From Octopus bimaculoides (Eukaryota): DNA of 42,167 nucleotides. Positions 22,951 to 34,945 of the stretch are shown here, in pieces. The stretch is taken from positions 19,678,388 through 19,720,554 of the forward strand of contig NC_069001.1 of assembly GCF_001194135.2 (NCBI RefSeq), written 5' to 3'. The notes beneath the pieces are model-generated. The model had not been told where the DNA came from, ran no database searches, and was given only the letters and a program-made list of their open reading frames with translations. The position numbers were made by a program, and so were the translations under genes. The first letter of the stretch is position 1, and each line of letters starts with the position of its first letter.

Positions 22951-23121
22951 GTTGATGTTGAGTTTTTTATGAAATCAATGGAAGCTATGATGCCAGATTT
23001 TTACCAAGCCCTCAGTGATGGTGACACTGAACAGAGTAGCACTGCTAAACGCACCAAGAAATCTGTGGATAGAACTTTAGATTTTTTAGATGAAATCTTA
23101 CAAATCCACAATAAGTCACCA
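22951..23121 (+). CDS. QTRT2: QTRT2 homolog coding exon 5 (VDVEFFMKSMEAMMPDFYQALSDGDTEQSSTAKRTKKSVDRTLDFLDEILQIHNKSP)
   Basis: CAG ending 22950, GTAAGT at 23122. Strong match to human PDWFQCLSDG...KRVRKSVDRSLLFLD. Confidence 0.95.
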
Positions 23122-23929
23122 GTAAGTGTTCACAGTTTCTTTTTCTGTCACTTTTCTTTTTCTGTTATTTTATGAAAACATTCTCTGGCTGAAAATAAAT
23201 GTCTCTATATAGATCTGGTGGTGGAACTAAAGATATAGATGCAGGCATGATTGTGTAGTTGAGGAATTTGGTTAACAAATATATGATTCTAGATTTGGTC
23301 TGATATGGTACTTTGGGCAAATGTTTTTTACTATAATCTTACATTAACCAATACTTTCTGAGTGGAATACATGTATGTATGTTTGTATAAACTGGAGGAA
23401 ATGTATCCTTATAAATCTGTAAGTCATAAGGTGTACTTAGCTATTTGACAGATAGAAATTGATAACTATTAGGATTAAAATTAACTAAGAGAAAAAAATC
23501 CTGAAAGGCACTGTCTCATCATGGCCATAGCTCAATAACTTAAACCAGTATAAGAATAAGAGTAAAAGAATGTAAGCATTAATGTGGATGAATATCGTAC
23601 AAAAAATAAATTAATTAAAACAAACTGGCAGACATAGAAAGAAATTGTCCAAGGGTGACAGATACCTAAGGAAGGGTGATGGATCAGTGGAATCACCTGA
23701 AATTTCTCTCATTCTAAATGGTTAATGATGAAGATGTGTCTTTACAATGATGATTAACTACTGTTTGGAGATTCTAGGAGCTTTTATCACAAAAGCATAA
23801 AATTAAAGGGTGATCTACTGTATGAGACATGTAAAAAATTATTTTCTATTAATTGTAATTTTACAATTAATTGGAGAAAGAAATAACAACCTAACAGTTG
23901 CATGGCTCAACGAAGAGGGGAAATAATTA

Positions 23930-25936
23930 CCGTATATACTCACGGATAGGTCACACTTTTTCTACCAAAAATTTCAATAAAATTCAGGTGTGTGGCCTAT
24001 CCACTTGACACCACAGGGATATCAAATAGACAGCAGTGTATCAGTAGTCTAGGCATGTGCCCTGGGCCTGGGCTTTTCAGTTTTCAAGTTGTTATGGAAA
24101 CAATTTTGTGGTGTCTGTTTACTGGAAAGCGGAAACTAGAAGCTGCGTATTGGTCTTTTTGACAACATTGATTCATCCTGATTTTTAGTTTTAAAATTTT
24201 AATAATTGCAAACCCTAACCATGAGTAAGAGAAAGAGTTATGAAGTAAGCTTTAAGTTGAAAGTGGTGGATTATGCAGAAGAACATGGAAATAGATCTGT
24301 AGAAAGAGAGTTTAGTGTTTCAGAAAAGGTGGTGAGAGGATGGAAGAAGCTGAAGGAACAGCTTAAAGAAATGCCAAATTGGAAGAGAACAGCAAGGTTT
24401 GGAGTATCTCTGTACCAAAATTTTGAAAAAGAATTGTGTGATTGGGTCGTAGACTTCAGAAATAATAGTCTCACTGTAACCAGACTTTCAATACTTACCA
24501 GAGCCCTTCATATTGCTCCCAAAGTATCAATTAAATTCTCGGCAGGGTGGTGTACCAGATTTATGAATAGATGTGGAGTGACACTACGCTAAAAAACTCA
24601 TATCACTCAAAAACTGCCAAAAAATTTTGATGAAAAATTCATAATTTTGAAAAGTTTGTTCTGAAGGAGCATAAAATGTTTGAGTTCTCCCTAGAAAATA
24701 TTGGAAATACAAATCAAACTCCCATGTATTTTGAAATGTTGGGAAAAACTACTGTAGACAGAGTGGGAAACAAAGCAACTGTAGACAGAGTAAAAACTAC
24801 AGGGCATGAGAAACAATGTCTTACTGCTGTGCTAGTCTGTCAAGCTGATGGAAAAAGTTTTGTCCAATGGTTATCTTCAAAAGGAAGAATATGCCGAAGG
24901 ATTCCTTTCCACCAGATGTTATTATGAAAGTACATCCTAAAGGAGGAAAGCTTAACAAATATTTGGTTGGATGAAGTTTGGATGTAAAGATCAGGGGCCT
25001 TACTCAAACCCAGAAGTCTTCTTGCATGTTTAACTCACACTGCTGTGAGTTAATGAAGGTGTAAATTGAAGAATTATGAACAAAGCAAGTAGTCATTCCT
25101 GGTGGTTGTACTTCTCTTTTGCAGCCACTTGATGTTTCAGTAAATAAGTCTTTCAAGACTTACATTCGAAAATTGTGGACATCTTAGATGATATCTGGTG
25201 AAAAGGAATTTTCTAAAGGTAGCTCATTGAAAAGACCTGGATTGAGATTAGTAGTAGAATGGGTGAAGAAAACCTGGGACAGTATCCCTGAAGAACTAAT
25301 CATCAAGTTCTTCAAAAAATGTGGCATCTCAAATGCTATGGATGGCACTGAAGATGATGTGATGTTTGAGGGTTTGGTTGGTTCAAGCACAGAAAAAACA
25401 GAGAATGTGGATGGAAATGAACATACCATAACTGATGATGAGCTGAACTACTATTATGACCTTGCCTCTGATGACTACACAGTAACTGATGAACAAATGA
25501 AAAGAATGTTTGACAGTGATAGTGATAAAGAAGAATTTTTGGGTTTCAATCTCGATGAAGTTTAAAAACTATATTTTAACAAGTAAACACTTTTCTTATG
25601 TAACATATTTTTCTCTTCTATTTGTAATTCTAGACATTTTTCTTGTCAAGTTGATACTTATTGATTGTTTTTGTAGAGTTGATTTATCAATTAGACTACT
25701 TTCATGAAGTCACCTCCACAAAATGTTTTAACATTTGTAAGCAAAGTTTTGAAATACAGGTTAATATTTGATGATATTTAACAAATATGAATTATATTTG
25801 CATTAAAAAAGGGCCATGTAACTCTCCAGATTATAGTGTGGCCTATTTGTGAGTCAACTGCAAATACCTACTTTGACAGCCCCAAACTAAGGGTGTAACC
25901 TATCCACTGATGTGACCTATTTGCAAGTATATACAG
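23930..25936 (+). mobile_element. Full-length decayed pogo-family DNA transposon
   Basis: TIRs CCGTATATACTCACGGATAGGTCACA and the inverted TGTGACCTATTTGCAAGTATATACAG with TA TSDs. Transposase 24221-25565 has BrkDBD-like and CENP-B HTH N-terminus (SYEVSFKLKVVDYAEEHGNR), DDE_1-like core and acidic tail; frameshifted. Confidence 0.93.
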
Positions 25937-26216
25937 TACAGGAAATTAAGAAATGATCTCTTAAAATTAATTTACCTTTTTAGAGGCAAAAAGCTGATCT
26001 TTTTGCAGGCTATAGTGCAATTTTCTATGGACATAGGAAATAAACAAAACAAAATTAGTCTGAAGAGGGTTATATTCTCTTTTTTGAGAATTTTTCAACT
26101 GTAGAACTTTTTTGCAACTCTTCACAAGATTTAATGTTTGAAAAATACATAAAAGAAAAACAGTTAAATTAAGAAAATATACATACTAATGTATTTTAAT
26201 CCTTATTCAATTTCAG

Positions 26217-26316
26217 AAATTGAAAAATACAGCTGTCTTTGGTGTAATTGAAGGTGGCTTTTTGAAGAGGGAACGAGAAAGATCAGCAAAAAATACAGCA
26301 GCTAGAGCTGTTCAAG
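26217..26316 (+). CDS. QTRT2: QTRT2 homolog coding exon 6 (KLKNTAVFGVIEGGFLKRERERSAKNTAARAVQ)
   Basis: TTTCAG ending 26216, GTAAG at 26317, phases 0 and 1. Matches human [28 protein letters not shown]. Confidence 0.95.
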
Positions 26317-26484
26317 GTAAGAAAAAGAATTAGCAGTAATGTGAGGTGTATATTACAAAAACAGTAGAGATGTTTGATAAAATAAATAGCCAATTTACTA
26401 GTTGCTGTTTACATAATATTCCTTACTATACCTTACCCACAAAACATTAGACTTTGTGCTGCCTATGTTAGAAATTATTATTAT

Positions 26485-26700
26485 TACTAGGAGAGAGGGC
26501 AAGGATTGATAGAATCATTAGAGCATTAGACAAAATTTTTCATACTATTAGTTTTGATTCTTTAAATCCCACCAAAGTCAACATTACCTTTAATTTTTTC
26601 TGGAATTATAAATAAAGTACAAGTCAGATACTAGGATCAATCTAATTAACTGTTTCCTCCTCATAATTCTGACTTTGTACCTATATAAGAAACCATTATT
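26485..26700 (+). mobile_element. Degenerate SINE
   Basis: Diverged similarity to 27330-27558 (AAATCCCACCAAAGTCAAC...ATAAATAAAGTACAAGT). Confidence 0.5.
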
Positions 26701-27329
26701 AATACTAGAGAAATACCACATGGATGGCAGTAGTTAGATTATTGTGCATGATGTGGTATATTTTGAATTCTGATGGTAGAATGTTGCTTATAGTGTAGCA
26801 TGATTTGAAGTCTTGACAGTGTAGACAGTAATCCTGCAAACTCAATATGAGAGTAGAATTCCTTTTTGTGCTCTGTGTAAGTGTCTCTTTACTAATGTTA
26901 CAGATTTGACCCATGACCTGATTTGAATTTCTTTGTTTTCATAGTTTCTGTTATATTTTGTTATTGTTTAAACCTGAAAAAACAAAGATGTCCTTTTAAA
27001 TATTGAATGTAAATATGAAATATTGGATGGATAGGATCTAAAGAAAAAAGTATTTGATGAGACTGTAATTTACATTTTCTAGCTGTCTTTAGAGTTAACT
27101 TGAATGTAATAGGTGGCTCACTGAGCAGATGATGTTAATTTTAATGCTGCTAATTATATTTGACAAACATGAATAAGTGATGACGAGCTTCGTAAAAGTC
27201 TCTAATAAATCATCATTATGTTAAAATAGCAAAATGTAAAAGAAATGTTTGATGAGATACAAATAAGCAATTGGGAAACTATTGAATATTGATTCCCATT
27301 ACAGGAATCAAATATTGTATCAGCTGTTA

Positions 27330-27558
27330 AAGTGGCAAGCTGGTGGAATTGTTACTGCACTGGGAAAAATGCTTAGTAACATTTCATCCCTCTTAACATT
27401 CTGAGTTCAAATTCCATTGAGGTCTTCTTAGCCTTTCATCCTTTGGAGTGGGAGAAGGGGTCAATAAAATAAGTACCAGTTGTGTATTGTGGTTGATGTA
27501 ATCAACTTAGCCCTCTCCCCTGGAATTGCTGGCCTTGTGTCAAAATTTGAAACTATTA
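27330..27558 (+). mobile_element. tRNA-derived SINE
   Basis: TGGCAAGCTGGTGGAATTGTTA...CTGAGTTCAAATTCC...GCCTTTCATCCTTT...ATAAAATAAGTACCAGTT; recurs in the window. Confidence 0.7.
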
Positions 27559-27615
27559 TAGTGACTCTGTCAATAACGTAGTGACTCAGTTAATATTATA
27601 GTGGCTTAGTTAATA

Positions 27616-28892
27616 TTGGGTCATCCCATAAATAATGCAGTTTTTTTCAAATGCATAAAGTAAAAGTCGGAGTGGGGTGGGATAAACTACCTACATCAAC
27701 TTGCTATAAAAGCAGGTAGTAATTTTACCTTGACCTTATTCTTAGTGCAAGTTTTGAAGAGTGCATTTCGATTTTAGCAGTTATTTTCTCAAAGCTATGA
27801 TGGAAGTAACGGAGGAGCATATTCGGCATATTATGCTTTATGAGTTCAATAAAGGCAACAATGCAACAGAAAATGCAAGGAATATTAATGCAGTATATGG
27901 AGATCAGACAATAAGCATAAGCCAGTGTCAACGGTGGTTCCAGAAATTCCAAACTGGAAACTACAGCCTAGAAGACGAGCCTCATCTTGGAAGATCTGTA
28001 GAGCTTGTTGAGCACGTCCTGCAAACCCTGGTGGAACAAAATCCCATCGTAACTGTTGAGGAACTAGCAGAGAAGTTGGAGTTGGTCATTCAACCATTCA
28101 TTGACACCTGTGTGCCATCGGAAAAGTCAGCAAATTGGGTCAATAGGTTCCTCACAAACTTTCTGAGTCTAATCGTGAGCAGAGAGTGAATGTATGCTGT
28201 TCTTTGCTGTTATGTCTCATGAATGAACCTTTTTTGGACCGAATCGTGACTGGTGATGAGAAATGGGTTCTTTATAAAAATGTCAAACACCGAAGACAGT
28301 GGGTAGGGAAAGGAGAAACACCAGCACCCCAGGCTAAAGAAAGTCTTCACCCACGTAAGGTATTGTTATCTGTTTGGTGGGATGTGAAAGGTTTAGTCCA
28401 CTTTGAACTTTTAAATCTAAAACCAAATGATAAAAAAGGAAATTACTGTGAGCAGCTTAAGTTGGCACTAGAAGAAAAACAACCATTTTTGGTTTCAAGA
28501 TGAAAGGTGTTCTTCTATCAAGATAATGCTTGGCCACATAAACCAAGGATGACATTCTAAAGGCTGGAGCAGTTTGAATGAGAAATGATGCCCTACCCAC
28601 CATATTCACCGGACATTGCCCCATCTGATTATCATTTATTCCAGTCTTCAAAATCATTTGGATGGAAAAAATATGAATTCTGTAGACGAGGTCAGAACAG
28701 TACTGGAAGAGTATTTTTCGTTGTGGGCAACTGAATTTTGAAAGAGAGGCCTTGCAAGTCTACCAGATAGATGGAAAAGCATTGTAGAAAATCAAGGAGA
28801 GTATATTTTAGATTAAAAAAGAACTTTGTTTATCTTAATTTTGAAAAATAAAAGAAGTATAAAAAAACTGCATTGTTTATGGGATGACCCAA
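27616..28892 (+). mobile_element. Full-length mariner (DD34D) transposon with pseudogenised transposase
   Basis: TIRs TTGGGTCATCCCATAAATAATGCAGTTTTTTT and inverted copy, TA TSDs, 1277 bp. Transposase 27800-28816: IRHIMLYEF, CQRWFQKF, IVTGDEKWVLY, YSPDIAPSDYHLF; frameshifts. Confidence 0.96.
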
Positions 28893-29991
28893 TATTATTG
28901 TGATTCAGTTAATACTGTAGTAACTCTATACTTTGCTCTTGGTGTGCTTAGATGCCTAGCAGCTTTTCTATTGAAATTTCATCAAGATTTCACAAGATTA
29001 TGGATAGATATCAAAGTTTTTTAAAGGTGACCTAACTGAACATTTTCCACTAACTGAACATTTTCTCACTACCAATTTGGTATAGAAAAGACATTTTAGA
29101 AGTTATTTATTGTCCATTCCGGCAGCATGACCTGACCAACACAGCTGGACATTGTATGGGAAAGTGTACATATTAAGCAATACCATGCAATTAAGGAACT
29201 CTGGGACTTTGTCCTGCTATCAAATCTGCAGCATTTTGAAAAGGTAGTTCATGTGGAATTTATTGAAATTTTTGACATGCTTATTGTAAATAGTCCACAT
29301 TTCTCTGGCATACAACAAAGCTGGCAGAACTATGGCTCTGTAGACTGTCAGCTTGCTTTTGAAGTCTCTCCTCTCCTCACTCAGTTTATATTGTACTTAT
29401 CTAAGTTTGTATTGTGAAACCACTACAGTGACAATATCTCCAGCAAAATTTTCTTGACTCCCAATTTCTCAGTTGTAAGTTGTGGTTGTTGTTTAGCCCA
29501 AGGTCAACTCTAACCGAGTAAACCTATGAGCAAACACATTCAAGCCATGAGCAGTTACTCTTTTCTTTTCTTAATATAGTCTATGTTGTACTATAACATT
29601 ATGCAATGTCCTTGCCATCTTAAGCTGGTAGGGTGTAAATTGATTAGATTTATCTACTATTTTTAAAAGATAAGTGACTGTGGTGGTTACCTTGTTGCTC
29701 ATGTAAGTAGAGGTAAAATGACCAGGCAGATAGTTGCCATTGTGAACTATCAGTTCATTGTTTGAAAGTTCAGATCCATTGCAGACATTTTATTATGACT
29801 CTGAAAAACAAATTATTCTACCTTCATTGATCTTGTTGTTCCAATGAAATAGGCACCAGAATGGATGAGGAAAAGTTAGGCAGGCTGCTATCCTGTCCAA
29901 GGCCTCTTATGCACTGTTGTCATCATCGCCACCGCTGTATTCTTCTTCCCTCAACATACACCTGTCATCATCATTCCACATGAGAACACAC

Positions 29992-30028
<37 letters not shown>

Positions 30029-30029
30029 A

Positions 30030-30985
30030 CATTGATATTCTAGTTAGGACAAACCCTAGTAAATGTAGTGTAGAAATCAAGAGGAGCATAATGGAGAGCA
30101 TCCAACACATAGCTAACTCAATCCACTAAAGTATCAAGGTAACTATAGATTACCCCACTAGGCACCCTAACAATAGACTCCCTGTCTTCGATACTAAACT
30201 TTGGTTAGAGACTGTAAACAACAGAGTGCAGCCTCTCCGCTCTTATTACATGAAATCCATAACTTCTTATTACATGAAATCCATAGCTTCTCAGCTTTGT
30301 CACACAGTACAAAAATCAACATACTGATAGCAGACTTAGGATAATGAATAATGTGTACCCCCTATGTGAAACCTATGAAACAAGGAAACATATACAGAAC
30401 TTCATGCACTGCATGCAATTCTCTGGATATGACCAGAAAGATAGGGTTCATGTATACAGGGGAGCTAGAAAGAAGTTAGATAGCATTATATGTCATTACA
30501 TATAAGCCAGTGATACCTGCCCTAGATACAGAGGTAAAGCCTGGAATAGTATACAAAGAGTTTGTGACAAAGCAAACAAGGTAAACACATGGTACAGGGA
30601 TGACAAATATCAAGGTATGATGTTTGAAGAAGCCACACCCCATGGGGAACTAGCCCATAGATTTAGGAAAGCTTTGAAGGAGACCAAACTCGACATTAAG
30701 ATTGTTGAAAAGTCAGGGAGCTCCATCAGATCATAGTTATGTAGGACGTATATCTTTGAAAATACCACATGCATTAATGAGAACTGCGTGGTATGTAAGA
30801 TTAACCCTGGCATTAACTGTAGAACTAGAAATGTTGTCAACAGCATAAAGTGCATAGAGGGTGCTTGTAAAGACAAGAACACAGCATACATTGAAGAGAT
30901 ATCTAGAAGTATTGTGGAGAGATTAAATGAATACTTGAGGCAATATGATGACAAAAAACAGTCCTCCATATTCTACCAACGGGCT
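30030..30985 (+). mobile_element. Penelope-like element ORF remnant (RT thumb, Cys linker, GIY-YIG endonuclease)
   Basis: DYPTRHPNNRLPVFD, EATPHGELAHRFRK...IKIVEKSG, C-x4-C-x2-C-x6-C linker, then RNVVNSIKCIEGAC...YIEEISRSIVERLNEY (degenerate GIY-YIG). Contains a 24-bp tandem duplication at 30241-30288. Confidence 0.8.
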
Positions 30986-31069
30986 GACTTGACATTCACA
31001 TTTTATCCAAGTACCCAAAGGACTCATCACTCAGACAAATATGGAGTACATTCTCATAAATGAAACATT

Positions 31070-31437
31070 CCCCATTTGTTTCAGTCATTTGACTGTGGCC
31101 TTGCTGGAGCACTGCCTTTAGTCAAGCCAATCAATCCCAGGACTTATTCGTTGTAAGCCTAGTACTTACTCTGTCATTCTCTTTTGCTGAACTGCTTAAT
31201 TACAGGGACGTAGACACACCAGCATCAGTTGTCAAGTGATGTTATGGGAACAAACACAGACACACACACACACGCGAACATATATATACGACAGGCTTCT
31301 TCCAGTTTCCATCTACCAAATCCACTCATGGCTTTGGTTGGCCTCAGACTATACTAGAAGACACTTGCCCAAGGTGCCATACAGTGGGACTGAACCTGGA
31401 ACCATGTGGTTGGTAAGCAAGCTACTTAGCACACAGT
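31070..31437 (-). mobile_element. tRNA-derived SINE, near full length
   Basis: Minus head GTGCTAAGTAGCTTGC...GGTTCAGTCCCAC, CORE-like CACCTTGGGCAAGTGTC, internal (TG)n, tail ...GCCACAGTCAAATGACTGAAAC. Confidence 0.8.
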
Positions 31438-31448
31438 AATTGCTGTGC

Positions 31449-31449
<1 letters not shown>

Positions 31450-31485
<36 letters not shown>

Positions 31486-31790
31486 TAAATGGATATGTAG
31501 GTGTACAGATAGATACATAGGTAAATAGATAGATAGGTACATAGTAATACAGATAGACAAGCATGCGCACACACACACACACACACACATACACAAAGGA
31601 GGCAGAATCACACTCCACATATGCATAAGCCACACTCAAACACGCACACACAAGGAGACAAAGGTACACAAACACATGAATATGCAAAATATATACATAA
31701 TTACGTATGTACATACACACATGCATACACATACATGTGCATGTACAAGCACACATGCATGCTGATGCACACACATGCGCACAAACAGAC
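31450..31790. repeat. Compound (TA)n/(TAGA)n/(CA)n and degenerate purine-pyrimidine repeat
   Basis: Seen directly. Confidence 0.85.
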
Positions 31791-31903
31791 AAAAGTAACA
31801 CTGCTCCAATAACAAACAGTCAACATCCATTGACAAGATTGCAAAAGCAACAAAAATTTTGGAAAACAAAATATAATAAATGAGTGGAAATCAAACCAGT
31901 GAG

Positions 31904-32661
31904 TACTTACATCTACCTGTATATATAGATGTATATTTGGGTACAGGACATTGCAAACAAAGCGTAGACAAAATGATAAACGAGTACAGAAAACACACGG
32001 GCCACATAGAGAACTTCTCCTTCATCAGCTGCCCCCATTCTAACACAGGCGTTTCGAAGAGTAGGTCAGGACGCATTGTTAAAATGGCTCTTCCCACGGA
32101 CCACAAATTAAATTTAAATTAAAATTAATTCAAATTAAATTTGTAACGTGGAGGAATGTAGTGGCGGACAGAAAACAAAACAAGAAAACGAAACAGTGAG
32201 AACAAACAAGAAAGCTATACGGCCAGACGTGAAAAAAATATATGTGCTGAACGCTGTAAAGCAATGAACTAGAAAGGAGACGAAGAATTGTTCGTGCTAG
32301 CTTCGCGAAAGCGAAGATATGAAAGAAAGATAAGTAACCGGACACGTGACCAGCAATGGGTGAGGAGAAAGAGTGGTAGAGGGAGAAAAAAGGGGGATGA
32401 AGTAGAAGATAGGTGAGCAAATAGAGACAGGAAGAAAGAAAGAGATATAGTAGAGAAGGAGAGAGGCGGAGAACAACAGATGGAAGAACGAGAGGGGGAG
32501 AGAAAGATACAAAGGTAGACAGAGTCGCGTCAAAAACATATAGTTTAAAAACTTACTTGCAAGGAGGACGCGTAGCGTTCAATCATGTAATACAAAAAAT
32601 AAATGAGTATATGCATATATACGTACATGTATGTACATACTTACATCTACCTGTGTATATA
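31904..32661 (-). repeat. ~734-bp unit with short terminal direct repeat, unclassified (PLE pseudo-LTR-like)
   Basis: TACTTACATCTACCTGT(A/G)TATATA at 31904 and 32638. CpG-rich, with a strong purine tract on +. Confidence 0.55.
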
Positions 32662-32879
32662 TATATGAAATCAGGTGGGCAGGATGATGAATGTGAGTGA
32701 GAGATTAAATGGCATTACATTAGAATAAAATAAGACAAAGATTAAAAACTTAGCTTCCTTTCCCACTTATTCATAATTCTGCCTCTCTGTCTCTGTCACA
32801 CTCTAACCTTTCATCCTCTGACACAAGTTCCCTCCTCAAATGCCTCTGCCCCTCTTAAAATTCTTTGAATTACTTGGTG

Positions 32880-33162
32880 ATCTTGGTGCCACATAAAAAG
32901 CATCCAGTTCACGCTGTAAAATGGTTGGCATTTGGAAGGGCATCTAGCCATAAAAATCATGCCAAAACTAACCTTGCCTGTACTATTGTCTCATAAAAAG
33001 CACTGAGTCCATTCGCCTGAGTGGTTGGTGTTAGGAAGGGCATCCAGCCATAAAAACCCTGCCAAAACAGACACAATAGTCTTCGGAAGCCTTATACCTG
33101 TCCGGCTCCTGTCAACCATCCTACCCATGCATGCATGGAATACAGATGTTAAACAATGATGA
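32880..33162 (+). mobile_element. SINE tail/RTE-3'UTR-related fragment with (GAT)n end
   Basis: Two tandem copies of TGGTTGG..T.GGAAGGGCATC.AGC, then CCCATGCATGCATGGAA...GTTAAACAATGATGATGAT, like the RTE 3' end. Confidence 0.7.
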
Positions 33163-33167
33163 TGATA

Positions 33168-33209
<42 letters not shown>

Positions 33210-33411
33210 CTGGGCATACCAGCAAAATTGTCACGTTCACAAATTCTTAAAATTCTTAAAACCAATAAACTATTCCATTTGTAATTTTCTGTGTTTTCCT
33301 GATAAGACATCTGGCAATACTGACACCAGTTTTTGTAAGAATCAGTGAAATACCTATTGAGAGATGTAGCTAAAAATAAAACAGGCAAAAGTCATTTTGT
33401 GCCAGCCTCAT

Positions 33412-34050
33412 CATGTCTTCCCAACTGAGCAATGTTGAGAGGACTAAGATCATCTAGGCTTTCAGTGATGGTGCCAACATTCATTCTCTGGCTTTCATCT
33501 TCAAAATCTATTCAAGAACCATCAAGAGAATTGTGAACAACTTTGACATAGAGGGAATAGTAGAGAGGAAAACTGGATCAGGAGGTCATAACTGCAAGAG
33601 GGATCATCATTTCAATCTGAAGTTGAAGAGATCAATCAAAAGAGATCCAAATCAGTCCACAAGAAGCTTGGCATGTGAGAGAGGAGTTTCAGCTATGACA
33701 GTTCAATGAGTGATGATAAAAGACTTGAAAATGAGATCATGCATGAGGCCTGTGAGGTACCTTGTTATTCAAGGACAAAAGGTTAGAAGGTTGGAGAAGG
33801 TGAAGATCATCTTGAGCAAAGTGAAACATTAATCCTGGGATGATCTTTTACAGAGATGTGAATTTCACACAAGACACACACACAAACAAGCACAACAGCT
33901 GCATTCTGGCTCCAGATGCTCATGAGAGAGCCAAAAATGTCATTTTCAGGAGCAAAGATCCTGCCAAGGTTATGATTTTCACCTGCATGGCCTCTGATGG
34001 CAAGATGATGCCATTGATCATGTTTAAGAAAAGAGGCAAAATCTTTGAAG
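33412..34050 (+). mobile_element. Truncated Tc1/maT-like transposase N-terminal half
   Basis: ERKTGSGGHN, RSLACERGVS and KDPAKVMIFTCMASDGKMMP motifs, with stops. No TIR pair found. Confidence 0.7.
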
Positions 34051-34103
34051 AAATGGAAAGTCTTCTTTCTCTTTGGATTGTTAGGTTGAATCATCAGCGT
34101 GCT

Positions 34104-34945
34104 ACTCCGAATGACCCGTCCTTGTTTTCTTTGTATCGTCTATCTGGATGTTTTGTTGTCCCCTTTTTGTATCACTTAACTGTCTGGATGTTTTGTGTCC
34201 TTGTCCCATTTTGTATTTTTGCGTACATACACTTTGGTCTCTTATATGTAAGTATATATTTATCTAAATCTTGTACGACTCTATTCTTTCTTTTATTCTT
34301 TCTTTCTTTCTATCAGCCCTTTCATGCTTACTTCGTTCATTCCACTCTTCGTTTTTTCGTTTCCCCTCTCTCACATTTCCTTGCCTTCTCTTCATGCTCA
34401 CTTTCCCTCCTCTCTTCACTTCACTGTGTCCCTGTCATTTTTTCTTGCCCCTCCTTAATTCTTGTCCCTCTGCCTCTACCTCTCTCTCTTCTCTCCTCAG
34501 GCTGTTCAACCAAGCCTGACATTTCTTTCTCAGTTCAGCCGCTGTCTGTGCAACATCTATATTCCTCCCTGTGCCTGTGAAATCTTAATTTAATTCATCC
34601 TTAGTCGAAAGACACCTGTTGTTATGTCCTGTTATTTGTATTTGTGTAACATTCTCTGTTTTTTTTTGTTTTTTATCCATCCTTGTTTTTGTATACATTC
34701 GCTGCTTTCTTCCAAGGAATCTAATGCTCTTAACTTAGTTTTTCCTTGGGGCTGGCCAGATTGGAACAATCTCGAGTATAACCAGCCAAAATTGCAAAGA
34801 TAATCTAGAACTTGAATGAGAAAAGAAAACTCGGAATGACCTGTCCTTGCTTTCTCTGTATCATCTATCTAGATGTTTTGTTGTCCTTTTTTTGTATCAC
34901 CTAACTGCCTGGATGTTTTGCGTTCTTGTCCCATTTTGTACTTTT
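34104..34945 (+). repeat. ~725-bp-period direct repeat, unclassified
   Basis: 34104-34215 recurs at 34829-34945 (GAATGACC.GTCCTTG.TTTCT.TGTATC.TCTATCT.GATGTTTTGTTGTCC...). Confidence 0.75.

Noticed and set aside
29100-29400. Faint Tc1-like C-terminal similarity
   Set aside because: Too degenerate to support, and no TIRs.
31349-32539. Cys/Val/Tyr-rich and Leu/Ser/Phe-rich ORFs (also 1237-1557 and 33840-34580 3' half)
   Set aside because: They are translations of microsatellites and pyrimidine tracts.
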